64,000 nucleotides of DNA from the IMG/VR virus record IMGVR_UViG_3300047160_007939, positions 55,515-119,514 of that record; one strand, written 5' to 3'. The position numbers were made by a program, and so were the translations under genes. The stretch is from a virus. The notes beneath the pieces are model-generated. The model had not been told where the DNA came from. It worked only from the letters and a program-made list of their open reading frames with translations, and made no database searches. Positions 59,688 to 64,000 of the stretch are shown piece after piece (the stretch's first letter is position 1; each line of letters begins with the position of its first letter).

Positions 59688-62600
59688 CTACTGGTTCTGT
59701 GCCTGCCGGCTGGCCCCGATGTTGGCAAGCTGGTAGTTCTGCTGCTGGTCGGCTTGATTGCCGGTCGGTCCTTTGTTCTGGGTCGTGGTCCCGGCGCGGT
59801 TCTGCTGGGAGATGTCCATAGACGCCTGCCCGATGATGCCGCCGCTCGGCAGCCGTACCGTCACATCCGCTTTGCCGTAGATGCGAATGCCCGGCCCTGC
59901 TGCGGCAGCCGGCCCTGCGTGGCCCGTGGGCGTACCGTAGACACCTCCTGCCTGGGCCGGGTGAGTGAGGTGATGGTGCGGCTGCGGTGGTGTAGAAGCG
60001 GCGTCTGCTACCGCACCGACACCGAAGTACGCACCACCCATTCTGGCTCGTGCCTGGGCCAGCACCGACTGCTGCCAGCCGACGTTTTGCGCCTGATCGT
60101 AGTGAGCCGGCAGCGCGCCGATGTCGTGGTAACCGCCCTCGGCATCCCTGCGCCAGAACGGTGTGTAGCCGCTGATCGCGCCGGCAGTCGGCCACATCTG
60201 GTGCGGTGGAGCGATTGCCGTGTCCAGCTCGTGCTGGTGGCGAGCCATCTGCGCCCGTTCGTTGGCCGCGCGCTGTCGCCACTGGTCCAGCATCGCGTTC
60301 CGCTGGTCTGCCCGGTGCGTGGCTTCTACGAAGCCAGGATCGCTGCGGATCTGCTGGTCCTGGATGCGATGGAGCGCGCCCCAATCGACATCGTGGATGG
60401 CTCGCTGGGTGTCGATGGCCTGACCGCCCGCGACGTGCCGGGCCGCAGCGCCGTCGCCGCCGTGCTGCCGCCGCCACTCGCGCTTGTCCCACTCGTCCTG
60501 ACCGGTGAGGTGGTAGAGGAAGGCTCCCACGGCCATTCCCCCGAACCCAAGCGCCGCTGTGCCGACGCCGGGGAAAGCACTGCCGATGATGGCTCCGGCA
60601 ATGCCGCCGGCAGTCGCCCAGGCTCCGGCGTGCGCGAGCTGCCAGCCCATCGGCATCTCGCCCCCTCCCTTATGGGCAGGATGAGGAGGTGTGGGAGCCG
60701 TGGTCCCCATCGGCGGCGGAGGTGGCTGCGGTGGTGGGGGCTGAACCCAATTCATCTCCGGGCCAGTGCCGCCCGCGATCCCCGCTTCCATCTCTCCGAG
60801 AGCGCCAGCCGCCAGCCCCGCCATCGAGTTGGGATCCACGGCACGGTGCTGATCCGTCACCGGCAACATCGGCAGGTCAGCCGGGTGCGCGCCGCTGCCC
60901 GGGTGAGGGATGCCGCCGCCGGAAACATCGTTCCAGCCCACGCCTGCGGGAACTCCGCCCTGCTCTGCCGTGAACGCTGCCGCCGGAGCGGAAGTGCCGG
61001 CTTGCCGGCTTGCCGGATGTCCGCGAGCAGCAGACGCAGGGCCAACACTCGGAGCGCCCTGCACCGCACCGCCGGGACCGTCGCCGGCTGTGGGTGTCGG
61101 AACAGGGACCTTTGCCGCGCTCGGGTGGTCGCCGCTCTGGAAACCCTGCGTTCCGCCGATCCCGCCGCCGACATTGTAACCGCTGGGAACGCCGAACTGC
61201 CCTGGAATGCCCCCTCTCCATCCTGGGATGAAAGCCGGATGAACGATGGGGCGAGCCTGCTGCATGTAACGGTCGCGCGTGCTTCTGCCCAGCCCGCCGA
61301 AGCCGGGGAAGTCCACGCCCCAGCCGGCTGCTGCGCGGAAGCTCGTGAGCGCGCCCGCGAGCGCGAAGCTGCTCGGCGCTCCGACAACCTCGCTCATCAA
61401 CCTGTGCTGCCAGCCATAAGAGAGCTGCTGGTAAGCCTGGAGCTGCTGAAGCTGGAGCTGGTGGATCTGCTGCTCCGCTGCGAATTGCTCCTTCGGAGCC
61501 ATCCCCTCGCGCTTTCCTCGTTCGAGCTGGTTCTGGGCGTCCTGAATGATCCGGCCACGGATGTTGGCTTCTTGAAGACCAATCGAGTAGATGTCGCCGG
61601 TCGCGCCGGGAACCGTCTCCAGCACCTGCCGCTGGAAGCTGGCATTGGCAAGCGCGCTCTGCATCGAGAGCGGAACTTTGTAGAGCCACGCCTGCGAAGC
61701 CATCCGCTGGGCTTTGAACTCCTTCTCGTCAATGGCTGCCTGCTGTGCCGCTTCCATATTCGGGTCGAGGTTGCCGGTGCTGCGGTCCTGATTGAGCTTC
61801 CACTTCATCATCTCAATCTCGGCCCGCATCGACTGCGCCTCGCCCTGCGCTACCTTTACGGCATCCATCCCGCCCAGGCCCTGCGCGTCCGCGCGCTGCA
61901 CCTCCAGGTTCGCCTGGGACTGCGCCGCCTGCGCGCCCAGCATCGGCATCTGGATCGCCATCGCGCTCTGCTGCATCGGCAGGCCGGCTCGCTGGACCTC
62001 GGCCTGGGTGAGCTGGAGCTGATAGCGGGCACGGTCCATCTCCGTGGTACGCGGATCGCCGATGGCCGCGTTCAGACCACGGATGTAGGTATCGAGGCTC
62101 GCGGTCTGCTGCTGGAACAGGCCAGGGAGCATCCCTGCCGGCACGATGCCCTGGCCGATGGCTCCCAGGATAGTCGCAGCCTGCTGGCCGGGGAGCTGTG
62201 CCTGCTGGAGCGCGCCCTGCGTGACCGCCTGCTGGTACTGGATCTGGTTGACCGTCATCTCCTTCAGGATGCCGGCATAGGCTTCCTGGGCTTCGGCCCG
62301 CGCTTTCGGGTCGTTGCTGTTTGCCAGGATGAACTCCATGTTCTGCTTGGCGGCTTTCATCGCGCCCTGGAGAGCCGCCTGGACCACATCCTGCGCCTCG
62401 GCAGCCATACCGGTGGCCTGGATACCGGTAGGGGTCACCATGCCCGCGAACTGCGTCATCGCGGCAATCTGCTGCATCCCCTGGCCGATCCGCAGCGCGC
62501 TGCCGGCGGGACCCATCGCCGCCTGGAACCGCTCGGCCTGCATCGCAAAGGGAGCACCTCCCAGGCTGGTCAGGACCTGCCCCTGCTCGACCTGATTGCG

Positions 62601-64000
62601 AAGTATCTCCTTTCGCAGCTCTTGCTGCTGGCCGGGGTCTTCTCCCGACTGCTGCATCAGTACATCGAGCTGCTGCCGGCGAGCGCGCAGCTCGTTGAGC
62701 TGGTTCGCCCACAGCCCCTGCTGGGTCCGCATCGCGCCGAGAACGGCTCCAGGCCCTGCCTGCCGCGCTCGCAGGGCGGCGATGTCCGTCTGCCCTACTT
62801 GTGAGGCAAGCCCGGTAATCTCAATCTCACCACGCGTCTCTTCCATCTGCTGGAACTGGCGACCGATGGCGATGGGGTCAAAGCCCGAGGTAACGTCGGC
62901 AAGCCCCGGTATTCCCTTCAACGCTTTGAGCGCCCCGAGCTGCTGCAAGCCGGCTGTTCCGCCGCGCACGAGCGCCGCGTTAACGAGGTGGCGGATGTCG
63001 GTCGCGGAGAGCGCGTCGGTTCCCGCACCGATGTCCATTGACGAGGCGAGGTCCGGGTCGGTCATCCGCATCTGGAGCACGCGCCCGTAGAGTTCTGATC
63101 TGGCCTGGAAGATGGCCGGGTCGCCGTGCGCGTCCTCATCCAGCTTGCGCTCGATACCGGCCACCGCTCGTGGAGCCAGGAACCAGTCTGCGCCCGCCAG
63201 TGTCTGGGTCGCCTTCGTGACATCGGTTTCGCCCATGTCCACCAGTCCGGGGTTCGTCTCGGCACGCAGCAGCTTCTCGCGTCGTTCCCTCGCGGCTGGG
63301 TTGACAGCCTGATTGACCGCCCAACCGACACCGGTAACCACCGCTCCGATGCCCGCACCGACAAGCCCGCCGGCCAGCGGCCCACCGAACAGCGAACCAA
63401 TCCCGAAACCCGCACCTGTTCCGGCGAGCACGGTCCTACCGAAGTCGAAGCCCATCTCCGTCGCCGCACCGCCGGGCCGGATACCGGAACGCGTGGCAAA
63501 GTCACGCATCTCCGCGCCTGCAAGCTGGGGAGCCAGCGTTTCGATCTGGGCGTTCATTCTCTCCCGCTCCAGATCACCACGAAGCCGCTGTATCTCCATC
63601 CTGGCTCCGACCCCGAAGATCGGAACCTCGCTCCACGGCTCCAGCATCGCCATCCGCCGCTCAAGCGGAGACTGCGCTCGACCGGTGAGCTGCGGCTCAA
63701 GCATCGCTTCCCCGGTACGCATCCCGATGTTGGTCAGGTAACCGGCAGCCATCGAAGCGAAGATCGGCGCTGCGGATGCACGGGTTGCTCCCTCAAGCGC
63801 GCCGAAGTAACGCTCCATGCCGGGGACCCCCTCGAAGATCCCCTGCAAGAACTCACCCATCACGGTGGGTTTCTCGTGCTCCGGCTTGCCGGAGGGTCCC
63901 GGCGTGCGTGAGCCGTGGCCCGTCTGGGTGGGATGCCCGCCACCCCCGCCGCCGCCACGACCACCCCCACCTCCGCCGCCACCACCTCCGCCGCCACCAC
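59688..64000 (-). CDS. tape-measure-like protein (5' part outside the window)
   Basis: More than 1400 aa, Ala/Gln/Gly-rich helical protein with hydrophobic GAG/GG segments; frame stays open (poly-Gly) to the window edge. Confidence 0.65.
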   Translation of the reverse strand, partial: GGGGGGGGGGGGGRGGGGGGGHPTQTGHGSRTPGPSGKPEHEKPTVMGEFLQGIFEGVPGMERYFGALEGATRASAAPIFASMAAGYLTNIGMRTGEAMLEPQLTGRAQSPLERRMAMLEPWSEVPIFGVGARMEIQRLRGDLERERMNAQIETLAPQLAGAEMRDFATRSGIRPGGAATEMGFDFGRTVLAGTGAGFGIGSLFGGPLAGGLVGAGIGAVVTGVGWAVNQAVNPAARERREKLLRAETNPGLVDMGETDVTKATQTLAGADWFLAPRAVAGIERKLDEDAHGDPAIFQARSELYGRVLQMRMTDPDLASSMDIGAGTDALSATDIRHLVNAALVRGGTAGLQQLGALKALKGIPGLADVTSGFDPIAIGRQFQQMEETRGEIEITGLASQVGQTDIAALRARQAGPGAVLGAMRTQQGLWANQLNELRARRQQLDVLMQQSGEDPGQQQELRKEILRNQVEQGQVLTSLGGAPFAMQAERFQAAMGPAGSALRIGQGMQQIAAMTQFAGMVTPTGIQATGMAAEAQDVVQAALQGAMKAAKQNMEFILANSNDPKARAEAQEAYAGILKEMTVNQIQYQQAVTQGALQQAQLPGQQAATILGAIGQGIVPAGMLPGLFQQQTASLDTYIRGLNAAIGDPRTTEMDRARYQLQLTQAEVQRAGLPMQQSAMAIQMPMLGAQAAQSQANLEVQRADAQGLGGMDAVKVAQGEAQSMRAEIEMMKWKLNQDRSTGNLDPNMEAAQQAAIDEKEFKAQRMASQAWLYKVPLSMQSALANASFQRQVLETVPGATGDIYSIGLQEANIRGRIIQDAQNQLERGKREGMAPKEQFAAEQQIHQLQLQQLQAYQQLSYGWQHRLMSEVVGAPSSFALAGALTSFRAAAGWGVDFPGFGGLGRSTRDRYMQQARPIVHPAFIPGWRGGIPGQFGVPSGYNVGGGIGGTQGFQSGDHPSAAKVPVPTPTAGDGPGGAVQGAPSVGPASAARGHPASRQAGTSAPAAAFTAEQGGVPAGVGWNDVSGGGIPHPGSGAHPADLPMLPVTDQHRAVDPNSMAGLAAGALGEMEAGIAGGTGPEMNWVQPPPPQPPPPPMGTTAPTPPHPAHKGGGEMPMGWQLAHAGAWATAGGIAGAIIGSAFPGVGTAALGFGGMAVGAFLYHLTGQDEWDKREWRRQHGGDGAAARHVAGGQAIDTQRAIHDVDWGALHRIQDQQIRSDPGFVEATHRADQRNAMLDQWRQRAANERAQMARHQHELDTAIAPPHQMWPTAGAISGYTPFWRRDAEGGYHDIGALPAHYDQAQNVGWQQSVLAQARARMGGAYFGVGAVADAASTPPQPHHHLTHPAQAGGVYGTPTGHAGPAAAAGPGIRIYGKADVTVRLPSGGIIGQASMDISQQNRAGTTTQNKGPTGNQADQQQNYQLANIGASRQAQNQ

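Noticed and set aside
59655-62804. 1049-aa plus-strand ORF, and other long antisense ORFs such as 19019-21193, 32565-34205 and 34662-36155
   Set aside because: Shadow ORFs from high-GC codon bias opposite real genes; no motifs or RBS, unlike the antisense HNH in the intein.
63940-64000. CCA/CCG-rich repeat at the window end
   Set aside because: Encodes a poly-Gly linker of the tape-measure-like gene.

Overview
The window is part of a GC-rich, tailed dsDNA bacteriophage or prophage genome; no host housekeeping genes, rRNA or tRNA were seen. There are three transcription blocks. (1) 1-31.5 kb, minus strand: packaging and DNA metabolism (intein-containing terminase large subunit, TerS-like protein, four DNA methyltransferases, MazG, RNase H-like protein, family A DNA polymerase, DnaB, replication initiator with iterons). 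(2) 31.5-50.7 kb, plus strand: early-type genes behind near-consensus sigma70 promoters (DUF1257/DUF2997-AAA ATPase module, about 35 small ORFs, Toprim protein). (3) 50.7-64 kb, minus strand: a FliA/WhiG-like sigma factor and tail/tape-measure-like genes. The main finding is a TIGR-Tas-like RNA-guided system. A nuclease-less Nop/IS110-like protein (10654-11820) is accompanied by six dispersed dual-repeat arrays (about 80 repeats; alternating CGGTTCTCT/CGGCTCGCT with ~9-nt spacers, 36-nt unit). The arrays sit at gene junctions, and one lies in frame inside an HTH regulator. Other findings: the terminase intein carries its HNH endonuclease on the opposite strand behind its own extended -10 promoter; a GCCGGC-NN-GCCGGC motif is strongly over-represented; and a kissing-hairpin leader precedes the replication initiator. 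All calls come from motif recognition by eye; no database searches were run.
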